The notes under the pieces are model-generated. The model searched no databases and was not told the DNA's origin. It was given only the letters and a program-made list of their open reading frames with translations. From Eledone cirrhosa (taxonomy: Eukaryota), in the NCBI GenBank assembly GCA_964016885.1, contig OZ024742.1:238018001-238082000 (forward strand): a stretch of 64,000 bases of DNA, read 5' to 3'. Both the position numbers and the translations under genes were made by a program. Below, one piece after another: positions 51,070-64,000 of this stretch (its first letter is position 1; every line of letters begins with the position of its first letter).

Positions 51070-51866
51070 GTTTTCAGTGAGATTTAAACTCATAGCCGAG
51101 AAAGTCAGAACAAATCCTGCAAATCATTTGATCCGACGCTCAATCGACTCTGTTAATTCGCCACCTTTATGTACTTAGAAATGGCCTTCCAGTTTATATC
51201 TTCTAAATATCTAGTTTCACACAATTTTAAAGGTATTCTTTTACCATTATAGTGAAAATTATCGGCAATACTAACCTCTAAGCAAAACTATTACAGGTGT
51301 ATGAAAATTATGTAATGAACATGATGGTGTTTCAAATGTAGATTCTATCTATCTGTGGCCCTTTAACTCCTGATGGAGGTGTTATGTACGATGTCTTGAG
51401 TATTTAGACTTGGCAGTGACGGTCCTTATCTAATCCGGAACACAGCCTATTTTTTCAAGAGAAATATAAAGTGAGAGAGAGTTGAGAAAGATCACCTTCA
51501 AAAGGATGATAAATAAAGTTGGCTTCAGAGAGATTTGAACTCTCAGGGTGCAGAGAGCCTGATGCAATATTGCAAAGTATTCTAGCCGACGTTCTAAGGA
51601 ATTTGCCACGCTGCTGCATTAAACGCACATTAAAAATGATAAAAATAATGATTTCTAATTTAAGCACAATGCCATCAATTTGGATTAAGTGCTGGTCGAT
51701 TATATCAACCTGAGTACTTAAGTGGTGCTTAAATTTATGGACCCTGGAAGGATGAAATGCAACGCAGACTTCGGTGGGATTAGGACTCGAAACTTAGAAA
51801 GTTTTAATTAAATACCACAACGCATTTTGTCCGATACTCTAAAGATTCTGCTAAACCAACGCCTTA
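51070..51866 (-). mobile_element. Cluster of old family A-related SINE fragments (51070-51168, 51490-51615, 51650-51866)
   Basis: Degenerate GATTTGAACTC and AAGGATGAAA motifs. Confidence 0.6.
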
Positions 51867-52137
51867 CGTGTATTACAAATAATAAAAATAATTAAGTATT
51901 AAGCTCTTCGGACCTACTAGAAACAGTTGCCAAATTTCCTCAAATCACTCTGAATGACGAAGGACAAATTCTGCTTGGTGATGTCGAATATCATCCATCC
52001 ATGGCCGATATTATAAAAAAAAACCATTCATGTGAGTTTTGCTGGATCTCCGTCGGATCCGACGACGGAGGATCCAGTTGTTTGATCAACAGAAGAGTCT
52101 ACTCGTGAAATTAACGTGTAAGTAACTGAGAATTCTA

Positions 52138-52163
52138 CTAACCCTAACCCTAATCCTAACCCT
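52138..52163. repeat. Four telomere-like (CCCTAA) units
   Basis: CTAACCCTAACCCTAATCCTAACCCT. Confidence 0.7.
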
Positions 52164-52239
52164 TAAGACAATTGTCAGTAAGGTTCAGAGGGACACAGTG
52201 TGTCACAAGGGTGAGACATTAATTTAGACATACAGCTCA

Positions 52240-52375
52240 TTCTTGCGACATGTGAAAACAGGAGCAACGGTAAATAAATGATCTTGTTCAAGGACACAAC
52301 GTGTCACCGGGTCTCGAAATAATAGTCTTACAATTGTGAGGCAAACATTCGAAACCATTAAGCCACGCACCTTCA
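52240..52375 (-). mobile_element. SINE family B fragment
   Basis: AGGTGCGTGGCTTAATGG head; GTGTCCTTGAACAAGA core. Confidence 0.65.
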
Positions 52376-53021
52376 TGACACGTCAAATAGGAGTCGATTT
52401 AATCCACTTTACCATCCCCCACAATCTATTTGGAGATGTGCCAGAGTTAGGAATCGACAATATTCTGATGGTATATTTAATTTATTACACACACTCCACG
52501 ATAAAAATCGAAGACCTTGTGTCAGAGAAATCAATTGATACAGTCTCCTTTATTCCCAACATTACTTTGGTGTCTATATCGTATCCCAGTCTGAATATAT
52601 TCCGTTGTAAAACCAGTCACCGATAGAAAGATGCCAAATCCAAGTTTATCATCGTTAAATATCATTTTCTTAAAGATATAATATAATATATATGTTAGTT
52701 TAGTTTCTCCCATCTTTTTTCGCAATTTTCCATAAGTCCTGCTCCAACAAGATCATTCCCGCTTTTCTCCCCTCCTCCTCTCTATAACCTCTTATTTCTC
52801 ATCTTTCAACTCTCTTTCTTCCTTTCTCTCCCACTCTCCGTTCAATATAAGGTTATATCTTAACCCAACTTTTTACTATAGATATAGTATCCTGCTGAAA
52901 ATACTACAATTTTATTAAAATTAATATATATTCATACACTCAGACCATAGGACGAATTAAGTATACTTTTTTTCTTTTCTTTTCTATTTTTTGTGTTATA
53001 TTTTTCGTTTCTACTTATATA

Positions 53022-53071
53022 ACAGGGTGAATGAGTTGGGGTGTATAACCCAACGAAACGTAAGTACCTGT
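53022..53071 (+). ncRNA. Hammerhead with altered 5' core
   Basis: acagg-GTGAATGA-gttggg gtgtataa cccaac-GAAA-c gtaa g-TA-cctgt; all three stems intact. Confidence 0.55.
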
Positions 53072-53109
53072 GTATGTGACAGTTGTAACAATATATATAG
53101 ACATATGTG

Positions 53110-53111
<2 letters not shown>

Positions 53112-53202
<91 letters not shown>

Positions 53203-53270
53203 CATATATGTATATATATATATGTATACATACATATATATATATGTGTATGTATTATTACATATATACA

Positions 53271-53314
<44 letters not shown>

Positions 53315-53400
53315 CCTACATATGTCTGTATATATGTATGTATACATACACATATATATATATATTTATATATATAGAGAGAGAGAGGGGGAGAGAGAGA
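53112..53400. repeat. (TA)n-rich compound microsatellite
   Basis: Direct inspection. Confidence 0.95.
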
Positions 53401-53575
53401 AGGCGTGTCGTTTAGAATGACTTGGGTTATATAAAGTTATAAATCTATATAATATAAATATAAATATTTATATTGAGAGACTAAGATATGTAAAGAGATA
53501 TGTAAATTTATGGAGAAGTTCCTAAGCAAAAAGCAACAACACTAAAATTAGCATTGATAGTGATAATATCATTAT

Positions 53576-53756
53576 TTGGCAGTATCGGTAGAGGGTCGGA
53601 CGCCATGCTTTGACGCATAGAGTTACGGCCCTTGCCATTCTGAGTTCAAATCCCGCCGAGGTTAACTTTGTCTTTCATCCTTACGGGGTCGATAAAATAA
53701 AGTACCAGTTATACACTGGGTGATTGCTGGCCTTGTGCCAAAAAGAAGAAACAATT
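53576..53756 (+). mobile_element. SINE family A
   Basis: Aligns to the family. Confidence 0.9.
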
Positions 53757-54159
53757 ATTATTCTGTTCCCCGTGAGGCGTGCTATCATAGTTCACTTGTT
53801 GAATAAAGGGCAATCATATTGCCATTGGTCAGTGTCAGGACATTCACACTGAGATATAAAGAATGCTTTATCGGGTATTTCGATCAGATATTGGCAAATC
53901 CTTTGACATCTTAATGTTTGTATACATTAGAGTAAGCTCTGTCCACTATTTTCTGGCGCGATTAATATATACATATAGTCATAAACACACAGCTTTGCGG
54001 TCAATTCGTAGTTTCTTTTCATATGACTAAAAGGCATGGTTGAGGAGTTGGATTCTATGCTAGTTAAGATTATAATAGGAGAAAGATTTAAATATTTTAT
54101 GTATACAATTGAAAACGCGTTCCAATCTATTATTTATTTATTATTTTCGGTAATAATAT

Positions 54160-55160
54160 AATACATTTCTAGTATACAGATGTTATAAATACCTGTATCT
54201 TGTTCGTACTCGTCAGCAAATCCCATCACAAACCAAAAACCCCTGTTACCAGTTACATTACACTACAGTTTCCATATTTTGTTGGCTAAAGCGGTAGAAT
54301 TTCTAAGTTTATAATTTTTGAGGGAATGTGTGTGAACATACCATCTTTTCTTAAATACATTTGAAGTAGCCCCTATACACTTTATTTTCTATTTGTTTGT
54401 GCTAATCACACATTAGTATACTATGTTACTGCACATACACATATTTTGTATGGGGCAGTTTTGGGGCCGTGGACAATTGCAGTTCATCTCTTTTCTACTG
54501 TTATTGTTGCTATTAAATATGGTATGGTATGTATAGGAGTAGGCTGATATAGATTTGATTACCTATTTCTAGTTTATACTGCCTTGAGTCTATTTTTTCT
54601 TGCTGGTTGAGAACACCCTATGGGGTTCATATTAACATTAGAATTTTTTAGTATGATAGATGCTTAAGCCTTTCTTATTCAATGTATTTATGTATCTATC
54701 CAGATTCATCGAGGTTGAGTAAAATAACCTAATAGTATTTCTATTAAATATCATAAGGTATTTGTTTCACTACGGGAAATGCTTGTCGATCAGGTTAAAA
54801 AATATGAAGGATAGTCTACACCTAATTGCAGTGTTGGATATTGGATTATACCAAAGGTATCTCTTGATTCTAGTTTTCCTTTTGTGATGTTATTTTTGGG
54901 CGTCCTCTCCTTACTTTTTTGCTGTTCACTATTATCGGTATTTTGGCTATGACGAGAGGTATTTAAAATTATATAGTGATGCATAACATATCTACATCTC
55001 TCGCTTTCGCTTGTGTATGTTAGCACACTCATATGCCCTGCCTTTCGTAATGCATCGTTATAATATTCGGCCTGTTCATTAAATATTACTAGAGATGAAG
55101 ATAGGTGGAATAACCTATGTGAAACGTTTCTAACTCTAAAGTTAATTATAGATTTAGGAT
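54160..55160 (-). mobile_element. Decayed Penelope-like fragment
   Basis: NVSHRLFHLSS..IFNEQAEYYNDALRKAG; CNCPRPQNCP..CSNIVY; FKKRWY.H; CTGACGA at 54215-54209. Confidence 0.78.
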
Positions 55161-55545
55161 GATTATATATTTATATATATGTGCGTGTGGGTGTGTGTCT
55201 GTGTGTGTGTGTTTGTGTGAGTAGACATATGTGTGAATATATATATACACACACCTGCATACATATGCATGTGAAAGTGTGACTGTGCATGTGTGTTACT
55301 GTGTGATATATTCATGATAGACTTCTGCAACGAGTCATGCACGTAATATTATAAATGGCATTTCTTTTTATTTACATGTCGGTCATGTTGTGAAAGATAT
55401 GTCAGTGTGTAATACTGGCAAATTAATGATATATAAATAGCTACTTGTACTTGAGGCTTCATGTATTTGAAAAGAAAGACGACATTTTCTTCCAACCTTA
55501 GTTTCCTTCGTGTGTTATTGGTTAAGGCGCAATTCATTTATAAGA

Positions 55546-55549
<4 letters not shown>

Positions 55550-55606
<57 letters not shown>

Positions 55607-55699
55607 AGCTTCACATGCATATGTATGCAGGTGTGTGTGTATATATATATATTCACACACATGTCTACTCACACAAACACACACACACACACACACACA

Positions 55700-55746
<47 letters not shown>

Positions 55747-55752
55747 AATATA
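55550..55752. repeat. TA/CA microsatellites
   Basis: Direct inspection. Confidence 0.93.
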
Positions 55753-55864
55753 TAATCATCCTAAATCTATAATATAATTGTTATACTCTGCTATGTATTG
55801 AGTACCTTTCAAAACTGTGGTTACCTCCGATTCAACCCGGAATAACTTATATATATATATATTC

Positions 55865-56164
55865 AGGCGAGCAATATTCTTCTGTCGAGGCTACATTATG
55901 TGAGATCTGCCTATGGGTAACAAGATGGCCGCCAAAGGACAGCTAATTTAGATAATTATAAATTACCTCCCTTACATTGTCTCTCATTTAAACTCATTAG
56001 CAATTCTTAACTATAAACTACCTACAATTTCTAATTTGTCGAGGAGTTACTTCTCCTGAAACCACCCTCTAATTAGTAAGATAAATATGTCCTTTGGCGG
56101 CCATCTTGTTACCCATAGGCTGATCTCACATAATGCAGCCTTGACAGAAGAATATTGCTCGCCT
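55865..56164. mobile_element. MITE with ~77-bp terminal inverted repeats
   Basis: AGGCGAGCAATATTCTTCTGTC..AAGATGGCCGCCAAAGGACA, inverted at 56087-56164. Confidence 0.88.
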
Positions 56165-56272
56165 ATGGCAGACAATAGATATACCAATAGGACACCATAG
56201 TGAAAAACCAATATATGGAACATTACATTCATGTAACCTTCTTTCTTTACTTTAATTTATATTCATTTTGAA

Positions 56273-56391
56273 GTTCCGATGAGCTGCTCCAATTTTACCC
56301 AAGTTAATTATCTTCAACTGAACCAGATCAATGATGATCTATAATCATTTGATCCAGAAACATTATACGGAGTAGCGAAACAATTGTAAAC
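56273..56391 (+). ncRNA. Hammerhead variant (CCGATGA) with large stem II insertion
   Basis: gtt-CCGATGA-gctgctcc[~78 nt]ggagtagc-GAAA-ca at tg-TA-aac; palindromic ACAATTGT. Confidence 0.62.
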
Positions 56392-56687
56392 GGACATTAT
56401 TAGTATTATCATTATTATTCTTTACATTCCTTACATTAAACTAAAACTATGTTGACAATTTTTTAATGATGTCTTCCTTGTGACATTTGTGGTCTTGTTT
56501 TGCTTAACTAATGAATATTTCCAGCTCTGTGCACCTAACCTCTGCATGAACCCAGCCACCTAGCTGCCTTCCACAGCATATTGCACATTGAGTACATGCC
56601 TTTACGCTTTGGCTTCTAACCAATTCACCAATCTCTCTTCTCCTCTCCTATCTCCATCTCTCTCTTTAAGATTGGTTACTCTTGAAC

Positions 56688-56730
<43 letters not shown>

Positions 56731-56829
56731 GAGTATGTGTATTTTGTATATCTAATGTTATACGGTATATTTACGAATAAACTGATGGCTAACGCCATAC
56801 AGCGAATTCGAGCAGAAACAGAAGAGGGT

Positions 56830-57175
56830 AATTATCGATGATCGTTTCTGCTTAGAAACTGTAATGAAGACAGTGCTCCCCCAACCCTGCTCTCTGCTGG
56901 AAATCAATATTGACGAAAATATATAGTTTTTACGCCTATTTACATGGTTTGATTAGTCACATTTGCATATGGACCTCAAATAGATTACCAACAGCATGAT
57001 TTGAAAAGGTGTAGGGAATGTGGTAAGGAATCTGCAAGCATGGGAGGCCTTAAAACACATATGAGACCGCACAGTTAGAACCAAGCAGTGGAAAGTCCTA
57101 GAGGAGCCTACAGTTGCCATGTGTGTTCCAGAGGGTGCAAGTCTTTAGCTGGTTTGAAAAGCCACATACTTGCCT
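56830..57175 (+). mobile_element. RTE-type 3' fragment with C2H2 fingers
   Basis: CRECGKESASMGGLKTHMRPH and YSCHVCSRGCKSLAGLKSHI, like 18906-19130. Confidence 0.65.
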
Positions 57176-57659
57176 CACATTTTTGAGAATTTTATCGTTT
57201 TCTTGTAAATTGTTCTCCAGAACTTTCGGCCACTTCATATTCACTCTCTAATTGGAGCTCCGATTCGGAAGTTGAAGTTGCTGTTGTTGTAGTTTTCTCC
57301 ATGGTCACTTTTCTTCTTTTGGAGGGATGAATAGTTTTGGGAATTACAGTCTTTCCACTTGTATATCCAACATGTCATTTGCTTTCGATGTAAAGATGAT
57401 ATAACCGTTTGTCCTCACTACACAGCTATTCACCATGCACGTCATAAACTTTCAGAAAGTTCTAGAAGGCTCACAAAAGGTCTAGAATGTTCCAGAAAGT
57501 CCTAGAAGGCTCTAGAAAGCCATAAATACTACTATACTTATATAAGATTTTAGAAATTTCGTGTTGCGGGTGACATTTAAAAAAAAAAATTTAAACTTTC
57601 TTCGCTGTTTATGATACAGGAAATCAATCGACTGTCACCAACAACAGAGACCTCACCCC

Positions 57660-57950
57660 GGGGATCAACCGCAGATGTGGCCTAGCTGCAGGCGTCATAC
57701 ACTCCCTATAGAAGCTCCTTTGGCGCCACTGCTCCATATCTCAGAAGACGAAGCTCTGTATTTCCGGATCAGAGACGTGGCCCCTCACAAAGACCTAGAA
57801 AAGAGGATCGACAGCTGCGGCAGCAGAGCCCTGGGGAAAATCAAAAGCATCAAATGGCACCACAATGTTTCCAACGAAGTGTTGTGTGCGTGCACGCATC
57901 AGCACATTTTTCCACCTCATAGCGATATGCCACATGCGCGGAAAATAAAG
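57660..57950 (+). mobile_element. Decayed RTE fragment
   Basis: GSETWPLTKDLEKRIDS..RALGKIKSIKWHHNVSNEVL. Confidence 0.6.
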
Positions 57951-58142
57951 AGTGTTGAGTGTAACTTAGCCTTTCAATAAATAGAGATGGATAAATATTT
58001 ACAAGGCTGAACTGAATAAGGTGAATAAAGAATCGTTAATTGAAGATGTTGCCACACCATAGCAACAGGTTCATGATTTAAAGCAGTAACAGTGTAAAAT
58101 AGGTAATGTATATCCGAGTGTGTATATGCTTATATATTTCTG

Positions 58143-59210
<1,068 letters not shown>

Positions 59211-59305
59211 CGCTCCTATACAAGGGGCAGGTCCCATTTGTGTCATTATTTACCATTTTTTCCCATTTGGTAAATAATGACACCAATAATGGGACCAACC
59301 AGAAA

Positions 59306-60007
59306 TTTCATTTCTCACTCTTAGAACGGCTGTTACTTAAATATAAGTATGTACACGTAAACAAACCGTATGTACATGTAAACAAACCGAGCATTATAAT
59401 AAATGTTCGGTAAACCCATACGTACATATATATATATGTGTGTGTGCATGTATGTATATATATATACATACTACTGTACGTCTGTATACATATATGTATG
59501 TACGTGTACATACTTATATTTAAGTAACAGCCGTACTAAAAGTGAGAAATGAAATTTCGTTTCATTTTTTCCATTTATCGTTTTCGGTGCGCCCGGCCGA
59601 CTAACTCACTCGATATGCAAATTAGGCTGAGCCGTTAATATGCATAAGGAAAGTATATACTTTCAGACGTTCAATCATCTGGCAGGAAGGTATACGATGC
59701 TGACGATAGCTAATAAGCTTGAAACTAGTACATCGTTCCTTTGTCAGTGTTGAACAAAAGGGCAACGATGGTTGCTAAACACTGTACGGCTTAATTCGGG
59801 CTGCTTGTCTACAAACAAACCGAGCAATATAATAAATGTTCGGTAAACCCATACGTACATATATATATATATATATGTGTGTGCATGTATGTATATATAT
59901 ATACATACTACTGTACATCTGTATACATATATGTATGCACGTGTACATACTTATATTTAAGTAACAGCCGTACTAAGAGTGAGAAATGAAATTTCGTTTC
60001 ACTTTTT

Positions 60008-60010
<3 letters not shown>
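59306..60010 (+). mobile_element. Non-coding hammerhead element with direct repeats and a short 5' inversion
   Basis: Direct repeats 59378-59574 and 59810-60010; 59306-59358 inverted; ends in (TA)n. Confidence 0.8.
59694..59736 (+). ncRNA. Minimal type I hammerhead ribozyme
   Basis: Identical to 11271-11313. Confidence 0.85.
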
Positions 60011-60041
<31 letters not shown>

Positions 60042-60046
<5 letters not shown>

Positions 60047-60340
60047 ACATAAACAGAGAAAGCGTTAAGCGATACTCCGACCAATTCCATCTCACTCAAC
60101 AAACATTAGGATATACTAAAGTATTATCACAATTTAGCGTTTGGGGTGCTAACTAATCAGTATTTCGTGGATAATTGGTTGTATTATTTTATATGAGACA
60201 TTATTAAATAAATATCTCTTTCCTTCCAGACGGCCGTTTCGTTATAAGATTTCTACAAATTGGGATAAATATTTTCCAGGTTATGTAGAAACTTGTATAT
60301 AATCCATAGTTTTATACACAAGCGGGCCTGCCTTCAAAAG
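60042..60340 (-). mobile_element. Dispersed repeat (family of 24108-24300) with hammerhead 3' half
   Basis: GAAACGGCCGTC-TGGAAGG at 60241-60222 (minus); partial third copy at 60657-60698. Confidence 0.6.
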
Positions 60341-60697
60341 GGTAAAGGGAGGTCATCTTAAAATAAAACAATATACACGCTGGTCAATTAAGCCTGTTAG
60401 ATATTAACCACCTGTATAAGAACTCAATTGGAAATTAAAAAGATTAACCACATGCATAGACAACTAAATTCACGCACATAGATATTAAAACATAATAAAT
60501 ATATGTATGGATCACCCATACACACACATAGCTATTCTCTAAGGCTAAATCAGACATGGGATATAAGGAAGACCAATCAGTATTTCATATAAAAAAATAA
60601 TAATAAAGATAGTCATACCCTATATCTGGACTCCACGTCATTTTTCAAAGATTATATATTCAATACAAAAACAGAGAAAGCGTTAAGCGATACTCCG

Positions 60698-61028
<331 letters not shown>

Positions 61029-61242
61029 TAGAAAGTGAGGTTTTTTTTACAAAATGAAAAATAACCGAGGTGTCCTACACGAGTGAAAGTATAAAGAAAA
61101 AGAGATGAAATCGAAAATGCAACTGAAGTCTTATTTTTTTTAAAAATATATATATTTATTTGGTTCCTTTACCGGTTTCGCAGTTCTTCTGCTTTTCAAA
61201 AGGTGAGTTGAGATGGAGGGTCTGTGGTTTTTCTCACATCTC

Positions 61243-61320
61243 ACACCAACACAAGCACCTACACCAACACAAGCACCTATACCAATACAAGCACTTATGC
61301 CAACACAAGCACCTACACCT
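61243..61320 (+). repeat. 18-bp minisatellite, about 4 copies
   Basis: Unit ACACCAACACAAGCACCT. Confidence 0.9.
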
Positions 61321-61401
61321 ATTGTATATATATATAAATAATATCTATCTATCTATCTATCTATATATATATAATATATATATATATACAATATCTATCT
61401 A

Positions 61402-61446
<45 letters not shown>

Positions 61447-61475
61447 AAAATTAGAATTGGTGCTCTGAAATAGCG

Positions 61476-61706
<231 letters not shown>

Positions 61707-61711
61707 ATATT

Positions 61712-62969
61712 ATAACATATCAAACACAACGTTCTTTCGCTGTTTTTGAAAAATATTATTGAAAGTTTATTATAAAGAAGCAGTTTCAGGAAAAAAATAG
61801 AAATATGCACTTGGGGCTGGAATGCGTACAATGAGAAGTGGAGCGACGTGAAAAGCGTTGTTTATTAACAGCGAAATAGCAATGTCGATGATATGCAAGT
61901 TTGAAAATGCAGATTATGAAGGTTTGTATGATAGTTTACACTTTGATTGCCCTGGTCAGCAAGAAGGGCCTCTATATATTAGACGTTTATTAGAAGAGGG
62001 GGAAATAACTAACCCCAGTATTAGAACATGGGGTTCACAATGTAAGGGTTTTATTTCTTTTGTTAGAAAACAGTGACCTTTTTCGGTTTGGCATTGTCAT
62101 TTTTATTTTTATTCTAATACATGTTAACCACCATTAACAGTAAGTAGTATTTTTCAAAGTCAAATGAAAAATTTAAAGAATACATGCATGTAAACTTAAT
62201 GAATGGGATCTATAAGCCTTTGGGTTGCCGAGTTAATTTATTCAGTTGTTCTTTTTTAATATTCATTGTAAACTTAATGAATATTACTTAACTATAAGCC
62301 GTTTGGTTGCCGAGTTAATTAATTCAGTTTTTTTTTTAATATTCATTGTAAACTTAAGGAATGGGATCTATAAGCCCTTTGGTTGACGAGTTAATTAATT
62401 CAGTTTTTTTTTAAATATTCATTGTCTTATTTAAAGTAACATATCAAAGACAACCTTATTTCGCTGTTAATAAACTGTTGCCTTCTACAGTACGTTTCAT
62501 TTTCATTTTTTAATTACAGTTGCTCTATATTAAATTTAAATACTTCTATAACGATTATACAGTACCGTTTTATGAAATCGATTCTGCAGTAGAATTTTAC
62601 GAAATGCCAAACCGAAAAAGGTCACTGTTTTCTAACAAAAGAAATAAAACCCTTACATTGTGAACCCCATTGTAAACGTCTAATATATAGAGGCCCCTCT
62701 TGCTGACCAGGGCAATCAAAGTGTAAACTATCATACAAACCTTCATAATCTGCATTTTCAAACTTGCATATCATCGACATTGCTATTTCGCTGTTAATAA
62801 ACAACGCTTTTCACGTCGCGCCACTTCTCATTGTACGCCGTCCAGCCACAAGTGCATATTTCTATTTTTTCCCCTGAAACTGCTTCTTTATAATAAACTT
62901 TCAATAATATTTTTCAAATTATTAACTTAATAAAAAGTGGCCCCGGGTGCAACCGGGCTCAGCTGCTAG
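61712..62969 (+). mobile_element. Helitron-like element with ~315-350-bp inverted duplication and ~79-bp tandem repeats
   Basis: Arms 61746-62094 and 62603-62917; three repeats at 62189-62424; 3' hairpin CCCGGGTGCAACCGGG then CTAG|T. Confidence 0.7.
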
Positions 62970-63677
62970 TATATGTAGGTATACATATATTATATATGTG
63001 TGCGTGATCGTTTTACGATAAAGAAGGCTAATTAATATAATATCTAGCCTTAGTTTCTGCTTCATTGTTGATACAAACAATTGGAAAAACATTAATTGAC
63101 CTTGTCATCCCAATTAGGCTGTGAAAACAAGATACAGCAGCAACACAGCAGCACGCATTAACAGCATACTCTAACACACAGCCGCATACAGCAACGCACA
63201 GCACCATACACTAACATCCAACATCACACTGCAGCATACAACAATACACCGTAACAAACAGCTGCATCTGATAAGAAAGATCTATAAAATATATAATGCA
63301 ATTTTGAAATATCACCATATCATAACGTGTTCTTGTTTGTGTGTGTGTTTGTGCGGTTTGAGTGCATATGCTTGTGTCTATGTGTGCATGTGTGCCTGTG
63401 CGTATGCGTTTGCAAAGTGCATGTCTGTATGTGTTCTGTAAGTGATTGTTTGTGTACATGCATGCAATTGCGTGCATGTGTGTGTATGTATTGTATATAT
63501 TGTGTGTGTACATAATGCTACGTTTTATTGAACTACATCGTAATTTGATTTCATTCTCTATGAAGCTTATCATGTTTTTCCTTCTAATATTTTAACATTT
63601 TTCTATTGAAGTTTTAAAATATTTGTTCACATTTCTCATAATTTGTGTCTGGTGAATTTTATGGATTAATTTTATAT

Positions 63678-63708
63678 ATGTGTGTGTGTTTGTGTGTGTG
63701 TGTGTTTG

Positions 63709-63756
<48 letters not shown>

Positions 63757-63874
63757 TTTGTTTGTTTGTTTGTTTGTTTGTTTGTTTGTTTGTTTGTTTG
63801 TTTGTTTGTTTGTTTGTTTGTTTGTTTGTTTGTTTGTTTGTTTGTTTGTTTGCTTGTTTGTTTGTTTGTTTGTT

Positions 63875-63912
<38 letters not shown>

Positions 63913-63933
63913 TGTGCGTGCGCGCGCGTGTGT
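63678..63933. repeat. (TG)n-(GTTT)n-(TG)n microsatellite
   Basis: Direct inspection. Confidence 0.97.
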
Positions 63934-64000
63934 ATATCTAGATATGTGTATGAATGTATATATATAACATATATAATAAAAATGAATGTTGGTGGGGTGC

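Noticed and set aside
52138-52163. Telomere or chromosome-fusion scar
   Set aside because: Only four imperfect units embedded in an old repeat.
55410-55431. TAATACTGGCAAATTAATGATA resembles miR-8/miR-200 seed
   Set aside because: No pre-miRNA hairpin of suitable length; likely chance.
61858-62804. Duplicated small protein gene (MFINSEIAMS...)
   Set aside because: Non-ATG start, no known motif, and the duplication is just the inverted repeat of a mobile element.

Overview
AT-rich eukaryotic genomic DNA, very dense in microsatellites. The (TA)n/(CA)n load and the tRNA-derived SINEs resemble what I know of octopus (cephalopod) genomes; this assignment is an inference. I recognise no host protein-coding exon, so the window reads as intronic or intergenic repeat landscape. 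Contents: (1) a 2.5-kb 5'-truncated R4/Dong non-LTR element in (TAA)n; (2) several RTE fragments, three with 5' inversions; (3) CRE and CR1 fragments; (4) at least six Penelope-like (GIY-YIG) fragments; (5) Helitron-like elements, mariner/Tc1 remnants and MITEs; (6) about 20 SINE copies or fragments. The most striking signal is RNA-structural. By eye I find about 20 type I hammerhead-ribozyme (HHR) motifs from more than 10 unrelated sequence families. Most lie in Penelope pseudo-LTRs or in short non-coding fold-back elements anchored in (TA)n. Some families carry non-canonical cores: CAGAAGA in 4 of 4 copies, and CCGANGA in two other families. All folds and coordinates were read manually and ribozyme activity is untested.
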